Positions 1 through 13,885 of a stretch of 64,000 nt of DNA are shown here, piece by piece (within the stretch, counting starts at the first letter, position 1; every line of letters begins with the position of its first letter). The notes below the pieces were generated by a model that saw only the letters and a program-made list of their open reading frames with translations, was not told the origin of the DNA and made no database searches. Source of the stretch: Eledone cirrhosa (lineage: Eukaryota); contig OZ024741.1 in NCBI GenBank assembly GCA_964016885.1, positions 200,136,001-200,200,000 of the forward strand. Direction: 5' to 3'. The position numbers were made by a program, and so were the translations under genes.

Positions 1-2560
1 CTAGTCTTTTTCAGATTAATTTTCATGCGAAAGACATTACAAGAAGCTGAAAAACAATCCGTAATGTGTCGCATGTCAACTTGAGAGTGAACCAGAAAGT
101 CAACATCGTCTGTATACAGGAGTTCTCTAATTAGTATTTGGAACACCTTGGATTTGAAATTGAACCTTCTTAGGCCAAAGACTGTTCCTGTAGTTTTAAC
201 TTGCAGAACACTCTTTGCACAGCCCTGGAATGCATGAGTCAGCATCACAGCAAAAAAGATTTCATTGGACAATTCTCCATTCAAGACAACCCGAGCCTTC
301 ATATTTCTGTTCAGTTGAACAAACAAATCAATAAACTTTGGAGGGCACCTTATTTTCCCTAGTATTTTCTACAGCACACCTCTGTTCACCGTATCAAAGG
401 CCTTTATCAGATCGACAAAAACCTGATAAGGTGGAACCTGCTGCTCAATACATTTCTCCTGTATCTTCCTCGCAGAGAAGATCATGTCAATCGTCCCTCT
501 GCCAGATCTAAATCCACTTTGTGATTCAGGGATGACTGTAGGACAAATGTCCACCATCAACCTGTTCAACAATAATCCAGCAAGAACTTTGCCCACAGAT
601 TCCAACAGAGTAATGCCACAGCATCACAGCAAAAAAGATTTCATTGGACAATTCTCCATTCAAGACAAACTGAGCCTTCAGTCAGACAAACATATCAATA
701 AACTTTCTGTGATGCCAGAGTGATGCCACGGAAGTTATTGAAAATCACCAAGATACCATCTATCCAATCTTGTGGTATAGGAGCACCACCCTAGCACCCT
801 GTGGTGAGATGGAGTATTGTTTGTGTTATGTTCTTATTACCAACCTTTAACATTTCCATGGGGAGTCCATCTGATCCAGATGCCTTATTTGTGTTTAATT
901 GGTTGATGGCCATTTTAACCTCATGATAATCCATTTTAAAATTTACAACACATTGGGGGATGCCATCTAGCACATCATGATCAACTGATGTTGGATTATC
1001 AAATATATCAGTGAAATGTTCTTGCTAATGCTTAAGGATTTTCACTGATTCCTTGATGATGGCAGTGTCATCTTTGGACCTTATAGGAACAACAGACGCA
1101 GTTTTCGGACCATATACTTCTCAGCTCGCATTGTAAGGTGGCGTTATATTCTTTGTATATCTTTCTAATAGCAGTTATATTCGTAGGGCATCCTCTCGAA
1201 AACATTTATGAAAAGCATGTTTTTTCTTTAATAGTTGGCTGATAACCTGATTATTATCATCAAACCAGTGTTTCTGGGGTTTTTTTTTTGGTGGTGGTGG
1301 TGGTGTATGTGTGTGTGTGTGTGTGTGTGTGGGGGGGGGGGGGGGTTCTTCGCCCTGAATCCAAGTTCTTCTGCTCCTGCTGAATACAATTGATCCCTGA
1401 AGTTTATCCACGTTCCATCAAAGTCCATAAAGTCCATATTATCCAAACGTTTATTCAAAGCCTCATGTACCTCTTGCTATTTTAGCTTTCCAAAATCATT
1501 ACAATTCAGTGTTTTGATAACACATGTACGAGACTTTTTCCGAACACCTAACTGAAACTTCCTCCAAACCATGTTCTGTGTTACAGACATTTCAAGTCAC
1601 ATCTCCGGGTTGCTATGAAATCTATCATGTGGCCACTTTTGACTTTGTGTGTATCCAGGTAACTTTATGCTCCTTTTTTTGGCAGAAGAATGTATTGCAA
1701 ATAGCTAGGTTGAGTTCCGAACAGAGCTCAAGTAGCTTCAAACCATTGGCATTCATCTTACCGATGCCGTAATGGCCAAGTACACCCCGTCTCATGGTCT
1801 CTGCCAACTTGAGCATTGAAATCGCCAAGATTTATCACTTTTTCTTCATGAAATTTCGATACAAATGGACTCATAGAATGTCATAATACTTTCTTCACTG
1901 GCCTGGAGAGTTGGAGCATAAACTGACAGAATTGTTGCACATCGCCCACATGAAAGTAGAATGTGCAACTTCATTATACAGTCACTGATTCTAGAGAGAC
2001 ACTCTAAATTTTGTGCTAGAGTATCTCGCACTGCAAAACCTACACCACCATCTCACCAGTCTCCGTTTGGTTTCCCTGTTCAGAAAAGTGTGAAACCTGA
2101 TAATGATTCAGTCAGCTGATCACACTCTGCAAGACATGTTTCTGACAAAACTACAATATCTATATTTAATCTTTGGAGTTTTTTCGTTACCAGAGCGGTT
2201 CTTCTTTCTGGGCGGTTTGATGAGTTTCGGTCCAAAAGGGTTCTAACATCCCAGCCGCAAATATTGAGTTTCACTTGATTTTTCATGAATGTTTTACTAT
2301 GTCCTTCACTTTTTCTTTTCCTACTGGAATGAACCGCCGATAGCCGCAATAAACTACCTAATGTTGATGTGACAGGAAATTTTTAATGCACCTTTTCTAG
2401 CACCTCCCCAAGAAGGGCGGCTCAAACCAAAGTTAGCCCCTATCACAGGAAGACACAATATCGAAATTATGATAAGACACCTGCTACCTATGTGCAGACT
2501 TGCAAATGTGTGCTTCCAGCTGGTCAGGTCTGCATACGTCACCACTCCTCCATTGCCATA
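1..2560 (-). mobile_element. Degenerate RTE-clade LINE (APE endonuclease + RT), runs off the left edge
   Basis: Broken minus-strand ORFs in order: APE N-term (LNICGWDVRTLLDR..ERRTALV, 2080-2349), SVYAPT (1846-2031), NANGLKLLELCSE..CNTFF (1625-1828), KHWFDDNN, KASGSDGLP (791-973), PESQSGFRSGRGTIDMIF..FVDLIKAFDTV (369-605). Many frameshifts; compound microsatellite at ~1278-1345. Confidence 0.9.
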
Positions 2561-2640
2561 GAACTTTCAGCTGATAAGATAAGATGAGAGATCACAAAAG
2601 ATCACAAAACGATCACAAAAGACATATCTGTACATCATTC

Positions 2641-2740
2641 CGAGGTTAACTTTGCCTTTTTATCCTTACGGGGTCGATAAAATAAAGTACCAGTAATGCA
2701 CTGGGTAATTGCTGGCCTTGTCCCTAAAGTAGAAACAATT
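2641..2740 (+). mobile_element. tRNA-derived SINE, 3' part (family I)
   Basis: Motif AACTTTGCCTTT.ATCCTT.CGGGGTCGATAAAATAAAGTACCAG..GCTGGCCTTGT; near-identical to 56024-56125 and to 26676-26790 (reverse). Confidence 0.8.
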
Positions 2741-3276
2741 ATATTATAGTGGCAAACGCTTGTACTACACGAGTGCCCCTGTCTAAGTTTCAGTGAACAT
2801 TGTCTAGTGAAAAACCTAAGCCAGATGACCAGTAATCACATCAACCGCAGGTTTTATTTCAAAGTTCCCCCCTTTTAGAACGATACTGTAACAACAGCTC
2901 GGGGTCCTTCACTCCCAAAGGATTTTCTTTTTACCCATCTGCGGGCCACCACACCTGTAAATGAGTTTCAATGATTTGCTGATTTTTTTCGTAAATATAG
3001 ACCAGGGACTCCATCCCATTTGAGAGTTTAAAAAAATGTTTTTTAATGTTTAAGAAAAAAAAAGTATATATAAAAAGTATTTAAAAGTTTTTTTTTAAGG
3101 TTTGAAGACACAATATCGAAATTATGATAAGAGGTTTTAAAAGGTATTTTAAATGTAAAAAAGAAATTTGCTTGAGTTTTTAAAACGTTTTTTTTTTATC
3201 AATTATATATATATGCACACACAGACAAGCCCGCAATCAAACCCACACCCACACAGTATATACATATTTACACACT

Positions 3277-3442
3277 ATTGGATGGCTGTTGAATTTTATG
3301 AGTTCCTCCGCCCTTTGTCAGGTTTTGTTTTTCCTCCCGCAGTGTATGAAAGTGGGGTTGTCGGTTTAGTTACCGATGAACCGACCATGCGACAGGTTGT
3401 ACTGGGTTACATGTTACCAGTAGCACTCAAGAGTGACCTGGA
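3277..3442 (+). mobile_element. Short retroposon 3' end with (ACAT)n tail
   Basis: Homologous to the reverse complement of 57432-57622 (..GACAGGTTGTACTGGG.TACATGTTACCAGTAGCAC..GTGACCTG). Both copies run directly into (ACAT)n. Confidence 0.7.
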
Positions 3443-3523
3443 ATACATACATACATACATACATACATACATACATACATACATACATACATACATACAT
3501 ACATACATACATACATACATACA
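3443..3523. repeat. (TACA)n microsatellite
   Basis: Perfect tetranucleotide run. Confidence 0.98.
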
Positions 3524-5104
3524 TGGGAATAGATGAGAACATATCCTATAATGGTATCTGTAATAAAGAACGCGTAACCAGGGAATACGACACCCGATTA
3601 AGAAAGATCTGGTCATCGGATCTCTCTGCGCAAAACAAAACAGTGGCTCACAATGTGTTTGCTGTGCCTGTCCTAACACCAACGTTTGGAATACTCAATT
3701 GGACGATAGACGAAATCCGAGCAGTTGATGTTGGAACTCGAAAAATACTGAACAACACCGGAAACTTCCACATCAACAGTGACATAGACCGCCTTTACTT
3801 GAAACGTAAGCAGGGAGGCAGAGGCCTAACATCAGTCCAGACAACATTTGAATGTCGCATCATATCTCTCCGACAACATCTACGAACCTCGAAGCGTAGG
3901 AGCCCGCTTCTCGAGCAAGTCTATCTGCATGAAACAGATAAGATCATGAGAGTTGGGAAGGAACTCCTTGAGAGATATTCCCTGTGTGATAATCAAAAAC
4001 TCACACCCAGGGAAGTCGCTCAGCAGTATCGCAGTGAATCCATGGATGAAAAACTGCATGCCTATCAGCAAAAAAATCATGCATGGATATATTGCCAGGA
4101 AGCTCCAAAGTGAGAGTAATATAGATAAGGAAAGTAGTCTATCTTGGACCAACAACCGCTATATTGGCTCCCACTTTGAAGGATACGCTTTTGCAATCCA
4201 AGAACAGGAGATTAGCACGAAATACCTGATTCACAAAAGAGATAGGGATGCAGGCAAAACACCTAGATGTGATAACAAGTGCAGACTCTGCAGAACTAAC
4301 ATCGAGGATATCACCCATGTCATCAGCAGCTGCCCAAAGATGTCATCGCGGTACTATCTACCTATGAGGCATGATGTAGTGGCCAAAACACTGTACAATG
4401 CAGTTCGTAAAAAAGATAGCCCCGATAATAAACACATTAAAAGCTACAACAATGTGGAAGACATCCATGTACATAATATGAAAGAGTACTGGTGGAATGT
4501 TCCAGTAAAAACCCCAATAAAATGCAGGCATAACAGACCAGATATTATGATATGGAACAGGGAGAAGAAAACATGCACAGTAGTGGAAATTAGCTGCCCA
4601 GCAGATGCCAATATAATATCAAAGATTAGTGAAAAGGAGAATATTTATGCAGAACTGATGAGAAATCTGCAGATACTCCACCCTGGTTACACCTTCAGAT
4701 TTATGCCTGTGATTATTGAGGCACTGGGATATGTTAGTAACTGCCTAAATACAAATCTTGAGAAGCAGGGCTTCACAGGAACAGAAAGAACACAACTAGT
4801 TAGGAAATTACAAGTACAATCCATTAATGGAACAGTAAAAATATGTAAAACATTCCAAAAATTTTGCATCTAATAACTGCATATACACATGTACAGATAC
4901 AAAGCATATACACATGCACACATACAACTCAAAACATACACATCCACACATACAATAACATCCATATCTACACATGCATGCATGCAGACATACATACATA
5001 TCTACCTAGTTGATGTGTAAATTCCAATGAGAGTCTTGTGTCTATGTTAGAAACCGACTCTCTCTCTATTGGTAAAACTTTGTGAAATTATAAAACCAGA
5101 AGAA
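3524..5104 (+). mobile_element. 5'-truncated R4/Dong-like RLE LINE, family A copy 1, flanked by (ACAT)n
   Basis: ORFs 3433-4113 and 3953-4873 join through one extra A at ~4070-4076. Motifs: DIDRLYLKRKQGGRGL, CCHC finger CRLCRTNIEDITHVISSC, RHD, RLE nuclease NRPDIMIWNREKKTCTVVEISCP. 3' UTR ends AAACCAGAAGAA + (CATA)n. Confidence 0.92.
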
Positions 5105-5171
5105 CATACATACATACATACATACATACATACATACATACATACACACATACATGCATACATGCATACAT

Positions 5172-5348
5172 ACATGATGATGGCTGCCCCCTCGTTATCG
5201 AGTATGGCGATTGCACGAGAAAAACAAACAAACATAATAATAACAATAATAATAATAATAATAACAACAATAATAATAACGACTACAACAACAATAATAA
5301 TATACATATATATATATATACATACACACGCACACACATAAACATATC

Positions 5349-5379
<31 letters not shown>

Positions 5380-8300
5380 GATAGCAATTAACAGCGCTGC
5401 GATCGAATCTGGCTTTTTAGCCCAGCCAATGATCTAAAATGTATTGCACAGAGTCGGCAACCAAAACATTCACTAGGAAAACCGGCTGTGGTTGGAATTC
5501 ATGTACTTCTGCATGTCGTTTGAGCCCTCCTGCTGATTTACCACATGCTTGGCAAGCATGATGAGTAACATCTCCAACAGCAGCCTGGTAGTCAACCACT
5601 GGTCTTACTTTATGACTGCGAAGATGACTTTCGAGTCCAGCTTTGCTTAGGCAGAGTCTCGCACAGACGCTGCATGTCAGCACCATAAGAGGACCCTCGC
5701 CGTCTGGAAGTGCAACAGCAATGCCCTTCCTCACATCCCGCTTTACTTTCTCGTATGCGATTCGAGATGCCTCAAAGGCAACTTTTGCCTCATATACAGT
5801 CTTTCTCCATTTATTACGATCAGCAGCAACATTTTCCCATGTATCAGTAGAGATGTTAGCGTCTTTCAAAGAGGCTTTCAAGGAATCCTTATACCCCTTT
5901 TTTGGTTTATGTGGCGGTCGTTTTCCTTTAACTAACTCTCCATAAAAGAGTTGTTTTGGTATTCTAGAATCCTTCATCCTTCATCACTGTCACACATAGA
6001 GCTTTCCAAAATCTCGACATCACTGATGTGGTCCCTCCAGTGAACGCCATGGATCCATCTGAGACACATCTGATGGAAACGCTCCAATTGCTTAAGGTGG
6101 TGTCGATATGTGACCCAGGTCTCGCAGGCATAAAGAAGAGAAGAGAGCACACATGCCTTGTACACCTTTACCTTTGTCTTCTTGCATATCTCTCGCCGAG
6201 CCCAGAGTCGCCTTTCTAGCTTTCCGAAAGCATCACTTGCTTTCCTAATCCTGAGTGGGATTTCATTATCAAGGTTGCTGTATCGATTGACAGTGCTTCC
6301 CAGGTAGACAAACTGATCAACCACTCCAAGTCGTTTACCATACACATAGATATTTGGTTCACTGTACTGCTTACCAGGGGCAGGTTGGTACATGACGACG
6401 GTTTTCTTGAGACTGACAGTCAATCCTAGGGCAGTGCAAGCGTCAGAAAATGCATTCAAAATGTGCTGCATATTACTCTCTCTGTGCGCTACAAGATCGC
6501 AATCATCTGCATACAAGAGGTCTCTTATGATTGATGTAAATACTTTTGTTTTTGCAGCAAAGCGCCTGATGTTAAATATGCTGCCTGAGGTTTGATATCG
6601 GATGTAAACACCATGCTCGCAATTCCTGAATGCAATATAGAAAACCATTGCAAAGTATATGGCAAACAGGGTCGGTGCTGGAATATCCCCTGTTTCACTC
6701 CATTTTTTTTACTGAGATAGGCTCCGACATATTACCTCCGACATTAACCCAAGCCTTCATGTCGTCATAGAAAGACCTAACTAAAGCAAGGAACTTATCA
6801 GGGCAACCAAGTTTCTGGAGAACCTTCCATAATGCATTTCTGTTAACAGTATTGAAAGCTTTTGTCAGATCGACAAAAAACCTGATACAGATCCAAACCC
6901 TGTTCCACGCACTTCTCCTAGAGCTGTCTAGCTGAGAAGATCATATCAGTAGTGCCGCGTCCAGCACGAAAACCAGATTGACTTTCAGGAAGAACACAAT
7001 CTGCAATGTGTGTCAGCAGACGGTCCAGGAGCACCCTACATAAAATTTTCCCTACGACAGAAAGCAATGATATACCTCTGTAGTTCCCACATTCATTCCT
7101 GTTTCCATTTCCCTTGTACAAGACCACCATTACTGCATCCCTCCAGTCCTCAGGTACGGATTCATTAGCCCATATCCTGCCAAACAAAGAGTGAAGATGT
7201 TGCAGGAGTCTCTCACCCCCATATTGTAGGAGCTCAGCATGTATGCCATCCATACCTGGAGACCTTCCACTGTTCAGCTTCGAGATAGCCACTGCAACCT
7301 CCACAAGCGTCGGAGGTTCTGCGAGAGCTACTTTCACAGGACTTTCTGGAACTAGATTGAGGAAATCTCCATTGACGACAGACGGCTGATTCAAAAGATC
7401 ATCAAAGTGCTCTCGCCACCTTCGTAGAATTCCTTGTGAGTCACGAAGAAGTTTTTTGCCATCCCTGCTGCGAAGCGGTGTCACCAGAGAAGAAGATGGT
7501 CCATAAACTTCACGCAAGAGACTGTACAACAGCTTTGTGTTATTGGAATCTGACGCAGTTTGTATCTCATCAGCCTTCTCACTCCACCACTGATCCTTCA
7601 TTTGAGAAAGACTCCGCCTAACACGTGATTTCACATCCTTGAGTTCCTTATGCAACATATTCTTCTCCTGTGGTTTTGCCGTCAAGTAGCGTGACAGAGC
7701 ACGCCTCTTATCAGCCAACAAGTCTTCTATATGTTCATTATTCTCATTAAACCAATCTTGATGTTTTCTCTGCACCAATCCCAGAACACGCCTGCCTACA
7801 TCATAAACCGACTTTTAAGGGTCGGCCAATCCTCACCAAGATCTGCAACCTGCATCTCTTCTTGCAATGTCCTCTTCACATTTTTATCCTTAAGACAAGC
7901 AGCATTCAATCTTCTGGGCAGGGAAAAACCAGGAGCCCGGATTTTACGTTTAATGATTAGTTTCACGTTTGCACGTACCAGACGGTGGTCCGTCCAACAC
8001 TCAGCTCCACGAAGAGCACGAACACACTGCTCATCCTGTCTGTCACGCATCCTGACTAGGACGTAGTCCAAAAGATGTCATTCCTTAGATGCAGGATGCA
8101 TCCATGTGGTCTTAAATTTGTTCTTTCGTTGGAACATAGTGTTGGTAACACACAGATCCAGCTCCTCACACATCTGCAGCAGGAACATACCATTGTTGTT
8201 TCACTTTCCCACCCCATGCCTTCCGATTACATTCCATGTGTTAAAATCCCTACCCACTCTAGCATTAAAGTCACCAAGCACGATGACTTTGTCTGCCTGA

Positions 8301-8790
8301 TGGATATTTCTTAAAACACCTTTCAAGGCATGGTAAAAGGACACTTTTTCTTCATCGACAGAATTCATAGTTGGAGCATACACACTCACCAAGGTCGCAT
8401 ATCTTCCTTTGTCCAGCGGAATTCTCATGGACATAAGACGCTCACTAATCCCTACTGGGAATTCTTCTAATTTATTCACAAGAACAGTTTTAACAGCAAA
8501 TGCTACCCCAGCCGCTCTTCTGGTTCCTTCATCTCTCCTTTCCAGAAGAATGTATATTCTCCACAAAATTCTGTAAGATGACCATCTCCAGCTAACCTCG
8601 TCTCAGATAAAGCCACGATGTCAAGATCGTAACGTCGAAGCTCCTTTGCAACAAGAGCGGTCCTTCGTTCAGAACGCTCCAAGGAATCCCTGTCAAGCAG
8701 CGTCCGTACGTTCCAGCAGCCAAGACTAAATGCCTTGTTTGGCTCTATTACAGTGGCACGATGACGAGCGGGCCCAGGCTGTGATAACCT
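5172..8790 (-). mobile_element. Near full-length RTE-clade LINE with frameshifts; (ATGT)n tail
   Basis: APE (LGCWNVRTLLDRD, ALSETRL, SVYAPT, VLGDFNARVG, WTDHRLV), RT (YRGISLLS, ESQSGFRAGRGTTDMIF, LLYADD) and C-terminal C2H2 (CSVCARLCLSKAGLESHLRSH). 3' end ..GCAGCCATCATCATGTATGT. Confidence 0.93.
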
Positions 8791-8936
8791 GGGGCCCCTG
8801 CCCTTATTGCCAATTATCTCTTTTGTTCCAGAACCTTTATTGCCAATTATCTCTTTTATATTGTTTTGGAACATCATTGAATTGGGGGAAAAAAGTAATA
8901 ATAATAGTAACAATAATAATAATAATAATAATAATA

Positions 8937-10161
8937 GGAGAGTAAGGAGCGTATTGAAGTCACATCTGAACAGCAGAAATGCCATAAGCGCAGTAAATTC
9001 CCGAGCTGTGTCTATTATTAGGTACAGTGCGGGAATTCTGAGATGGAATGTTGCTGAACAAAAAGAAATGGATAGGAAGACTAGGAAGCTATTGACTATC
9101 TACAACATGTTCCACAAGAGGAGTGATGTCGATAGACTCTACCTAAGGAGATCTGAGGGTGGAAGAGGTCTTATCAGCATAGAGGACTGTGTTCAGATGG
9201 AGAAAAACAACCTATACAAATACGTGACCTATAGTAAGGAGCCAATGCTCAGAACTGTACTGAAGGAGGGGACAGTAGGCCAGGGGATGTCCAAGGAGGA
9301 AATAACATCAAGGAGGAAGAGCAGCCTTAAGGGAAAATCCCTTCATAGTACCTTCTTTGAGAAAACTGAATTTAGAGATCCACAGACATGGAACTGGTTG
9401 AGAAGAGGAGACCTCAAAAAGGCTACAGAAGGAATGCTAATGGCTGCGCAGGAGCAGGCCCTCAAAACGAAGTGGTTGAAGCACCATATTTACAAGGAGG
9501 AGGCTAGCCCACTGTGCAGGATCTGTGGAGAGAGAGAGGAGACTGTGGCTCACATTGTGTCCGAGTGTAAACACCTAGCCCAGACCCACTATAAGGGCTG
9601 GAGACACGATGTGATGGGCAGGGTGATCCACTGGCACCTGTGCAAAGTAAACAATTTACCACATTCTGAGAAATGGTATGAGCATAGGCCAGAGGCGGTG
9701 ATGGAGAACGATCAGGTGAAGGTGCTGTGGGATTTTAGGATACAGACGGACAAAAAACTGGAACACAATAGACCTGACCTGGTGGTTGTGGACAAAGAAA
9801 AAAGATCGTGTCTGATTGTGGATGTGGCCTGCCCGTTCGACACGAGAGTGCAAGAGAAGGAGAGGGAGAAAATTAACCGATACCAGGACCTAAAGTGGGA
9901 GGTGAAAAGGATTTGGAACTGCCATGAAGTCAAAGTGATCCCGATTGTCATAGGCGCACTGGGGACTATCTCCAAAAGTTTCCAGGGATGGTTAAAGAAA
10001 ATCGGCCCCTTCACGCTTTTTGGAACGCTTCAAAAGGCATGCTTGCGTGGAACAGCAAGAACCCTCCGATACGTCCTGAATATCTGAGGCTGCAGGTAGT
10101 GGCTTGATATTCAATCCAACGGACTTTCCAGTTAACCAACATCAATGACTGAGATTCAAGG
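8937..10161 (+). mobile_element. 5'-truncated R4/Dong-like RLE LINE, family B copy 1, in (AAT)n
   Basis: Nearly identical to 12661-13885; starts abruptly after (AAT)n; CCHC + RLE (NRPDLVVVDKEKRSCLIVDVACP); followed by (AAT)n 10162-10238. Confidence 0.95.
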
Positions 10162-10170
10162 AATAACAAC

Positions 10171-10238
<68 letters not shown>

Positions 10239-10239
<1 letters not shown>

Positions 10240-13200
10240 TCATTTTTGGGGCCCTTTCTGCCCGTGTGTTTGTTTGTTTATGTGTGTCCGTATACAGCGT
10301 GGTGATAATGCCACACAAGGGCCAAGTGGGATGGCGGATCCACAGATGGCTATGTAAACATACATTCGCCAATCCTCGATAAGAGTGTTTAAATATCGAA
10401 CATAAACAGTTCGAATAACGGTGAAATGGAGACTAGAACGTCATGTGACAGACTCTCACCCAACAGGTGCCCCCTGGCTCAGCAGCAGGAACCTGACTGT
10501 CAACGAAATACTGCTGATGTTGGAGGAAGAAGAAGAAGGAAAGGGGCCAGAACCAACTGGACGAAAGAATTGAATAGAACTGTTATGCAATGCTACCTGA
10601 AAAGTAACCCCAAGGAGAGGGGCTACAGGAGACGGATGCATAACATCTGGAACGAGATTGGTTTATTTAAATTAGATGAACAAAAATTGGCCGGGCAGGC
10701 TCGGGTAATAAGAACTAATGGGTGGATAAGCGAGCTGGAACTGGAGGAACTGGAGATGGCTTGGAGATGGCGGGTGTAGTATGCCAGACAAGCGAGCCGG
10801 CGGGAAATGAAGGTGAGGAGGTCCTGAGAGCGGAGGAACCACCCGAAGCAGACAATGATCTGAATACTGAGATAAATAATACCTGGAACAGAGATACGGC
10901 CACTGAGGAGATGAATGCTGACGGGCTAGGACAAGATTCGGTTGACATGCTAAATTTAGTGGTAGATGAGTTGAACAATGATAGTGGGAGACCTATGAAC
11001 CTAAGATTTGTAGACAGGAAAAAGTTAAAAGAAACAACAGCTAAGGTAAACAAAGTCATCCCATACCTTGAGGCGAGGAGTCTTCACCAGTGCAACAATA
11101 TCCTCAAAGCAACAGCAAATACGGTGAGGAAACTACTTGGTATAAAAGCGAGAGGAAACAACAGACAAGAAAGAGCAGAGCCGTGGTGGAAGAAGCGACT
11201 GAGTGGGCAAATCGGGGAAATGAGAAATGACATAGGAAAGCTTGAGTCACTACTGAATGGGACACTAAAAAACATAGGCACTAAAAATAGACTGGAAATA
11301 AAATACAAAACTAGGAGTAAAAAGCTAAATATTATCATAGAGGAATTGAAGCAACGCATTGTAGCAAAGAGTGCCAAAATCAGGCGATACGAGAACAGAG
11401 TCAGTCAGTATAAACAGAACCGCATGTTCGACAACAACCAGAAGATGCTGTTTGGACAGCTTGAGGGGAAAGAAAGAGGCACCGACTTGATCCCTGGGGC
11501 GGAACAAGCTAAAACATTCTGGAGAGGAATATGGGAGCAGGATGTTAGACACAATGCCCAGGCAGGGTGGATTGAGACAGTACAGAGGGAGATCGGTGAG
11601 CAGGCACAGCAGCAGACTGATTTGAGTATCACAGTTGAAACTCTTAAGGGGAAAGCCAAAAAACTAACCAACTGGAAATCACCAGGCCCAGATGGTGTGC
11701 AGGGGTATTGGATTAAACATTTAACATCCCTCCACCCGAAGCTGACGGCCATGTTCAATGACTGCTTGGTGTCGGGTGAGGTGCCAGAGTGGTTGACAAA
11801 AGGTACCACAGTTCTGATAATGAAAGACCGAATCAAGGGTAATGATGTTACCAACTATAGACCTATCACATGTCTGCCCGTAATGTGGAAACTGTTGACG
11901 AGCATTGTGTCTGAGGAAATCTACCATCACCTCCACACAAACAACTTGTTGCCGGACGAACAGAAAGGATGCCGAAAGAAGTCACGTGGTACAAAGGACC
12001 AGTTGCTTATTGATAAGATGGTAATGGGGAATTGCAGGAGGAGACACACTGATCTTGCCATGGGATGGATAGACTACAGAAAGGCATTTGACATGGTGCC
12101 TCATTCCTGGATCACCAAAAGCCTGGAGATCTTCAGGGTGGCAGATAACATCAGACAGTTGCTGGGCAGGAGTATGGGGTCCTGGGAGACAGAGTTGACA
12201 TCAACTGGAGTATCCTTGGGAAGCGTGAAGATCAAGAGAGGTATCTTCCAGGGAGATAGCCTGTCCCCTCTGTTGTTTGTCCTTGCCCTGATGCCCTTGA
12301 CCATTATGCTGCGAAAAGTGAGAGCAGGATACAAGTTGGGAAGGGGAGAGCTTACCATCAATCACCTCCTCTTCATGGACGATCTTAAGCTCTTCGGGAA
12401 AAGTGAGAAGGAGTTGGATGTGCTTGTTGACACTGTCCGTATTTTCAGCAGTGATATATGTATGCAGTTTGGTATTGGTAAATGTGGAGTCATTGTGATG
12501 AGGAGGGGTAGGTTGAGCAGAAGTAACGGGATCCAGATACCAACAGGTGAGATGATAAAGGAAATTGACTCTGAGGAAGGATACAAGTATTTGGGCGTTC
12601 TGGAGGCTGATGGCATAAAGAACAAAAAAATGAAGAAATTGTTAAGAACTGAATACATTCGGAGAGTAAGGAGCGTATTGAAGTCACATCTGAACAGCAG
12701 AAATGCCATAAGCGCAGTAAATTCCCGAGCTGTGTCTATTATTAGGTACAGTGCGGGAATTCTGAGATGGAATGTTGCTGAACAAAAAGAAATGGATAGG
12801 AAGACTAGGAAGCTATTGACTATCTACAACATGTTCCACAAGAGGAGTGATGTCGATAGACTCTACCTAAGGAGATCTGAGGGTGGAAGAGGTCTTATCA
12901 GCATAGAGGACTGTGTTCAGATGGAGAAAAACAACCTATACAAATACGTGACCTATAGTAAGGAGCCAATGCTCAGAGCTGTACTGAAGGAGGGGACAGT
13001 AGGCCAGGGGATACACAAGGAGGAAATAACATCAAGGAGGAAGAGCAGCCTTAAGGGAAAATCCCTTCATAGTACCTTCTTTGAGAAAACTGAATTTAGA
13101 GATCCACAGACATGGAACTGGTTGAGAAGAGGAGACCTCAAAAAGGCTACAGAAGGAATGCTAATGGCTGCGCAGGAGCAGGCCCTCAAAACGAAGTGGT

Positions 13201-13885
13201 TGAAGCACCATATCTACAAGGAGGAGGCTAGCCCACTGTGCAGGATCTGTGGAGAGAGAGAGGAGACTGTGGCTCACATTGTGTCCGAGTGTAAACACCT
13301 AGCCCAGACCCACTATAAGGGCTGGAGACACGATGTGATGGGCAGGGTGATCCACTGGCACCTGTGCAAAGTAAACAATCTACCACATTCTGAGAAATGG
13401 TATGAGCATAGGCCAGAGGCGGTGATGGAGAACAGTCAGGTGAAGGTGCTGTGGGATTTTAGGATACAGACGGACAAAAAACTGGAACACAATAGACCTG
13501 ACCTGGTGGTTGTGGACAAAGAAAAAAGATCGTGCCTGATTGTGGATGTGGCCTGCCCGTTCGACACGAGAGTGCAAGAGAAGGAGAGGGAGAAAATTAA
13601 CCGATACCAGGACCTAAAGTGGGAGGTGAAAAGGATTTGGAACTGCCATGAAGTCAAAGTGATCCCGATTGTCATAGGCGCACTGGGGACTATCTCCAAA
13701 GGTTTCCAGGGATGGTTAAAGAAAATCGGCCCCTTCACGCTTTTTGGAACGCTTCAAAAGGCATGCTTGCTTGGAACGGCAAGAACCCTCCGATACGTCC
13801 TGAATATCTGAGGCTGCAGGTAGTGGCTTGATATTCAATCCAACGGACTTTCCAGTTAACCAACATCAATGACTGAGATTCAAGG
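10239..13885 (+). mobile_element. Full-length R4/Dong-like RLE LINE, family B copy 2, flanked by (AAT)n
   Basis: 5' UTR shared with copy 3, single ORF, 3' UTR ending GACTGAGATTCAAGG + (AAT)n. Confidence 0.95.
10426..13811 (+). CDS. RT-RLE polyprotein of family B copy 2 (one frameshift near 10750)
   Basis: N-term RTNWTKELN..GYRRRM..EQKLAGQARVI; RT motifs KSPGPDG, NYRPITCL, DYRKAFD, GIFQGDSLSP, HLLFMDD; CRIC..ETVAHIVSEC; RHD; RPD..D..K nuclease. Confidence 0.9.

Noticed and set aside
8503-8985. ORF 8503-8985 and the N-termini of ORFs 8807-10087 and 3433-4113 as fusion proteins
   Set aside because: Chance read-through across microsatellites joining unrelated elements.
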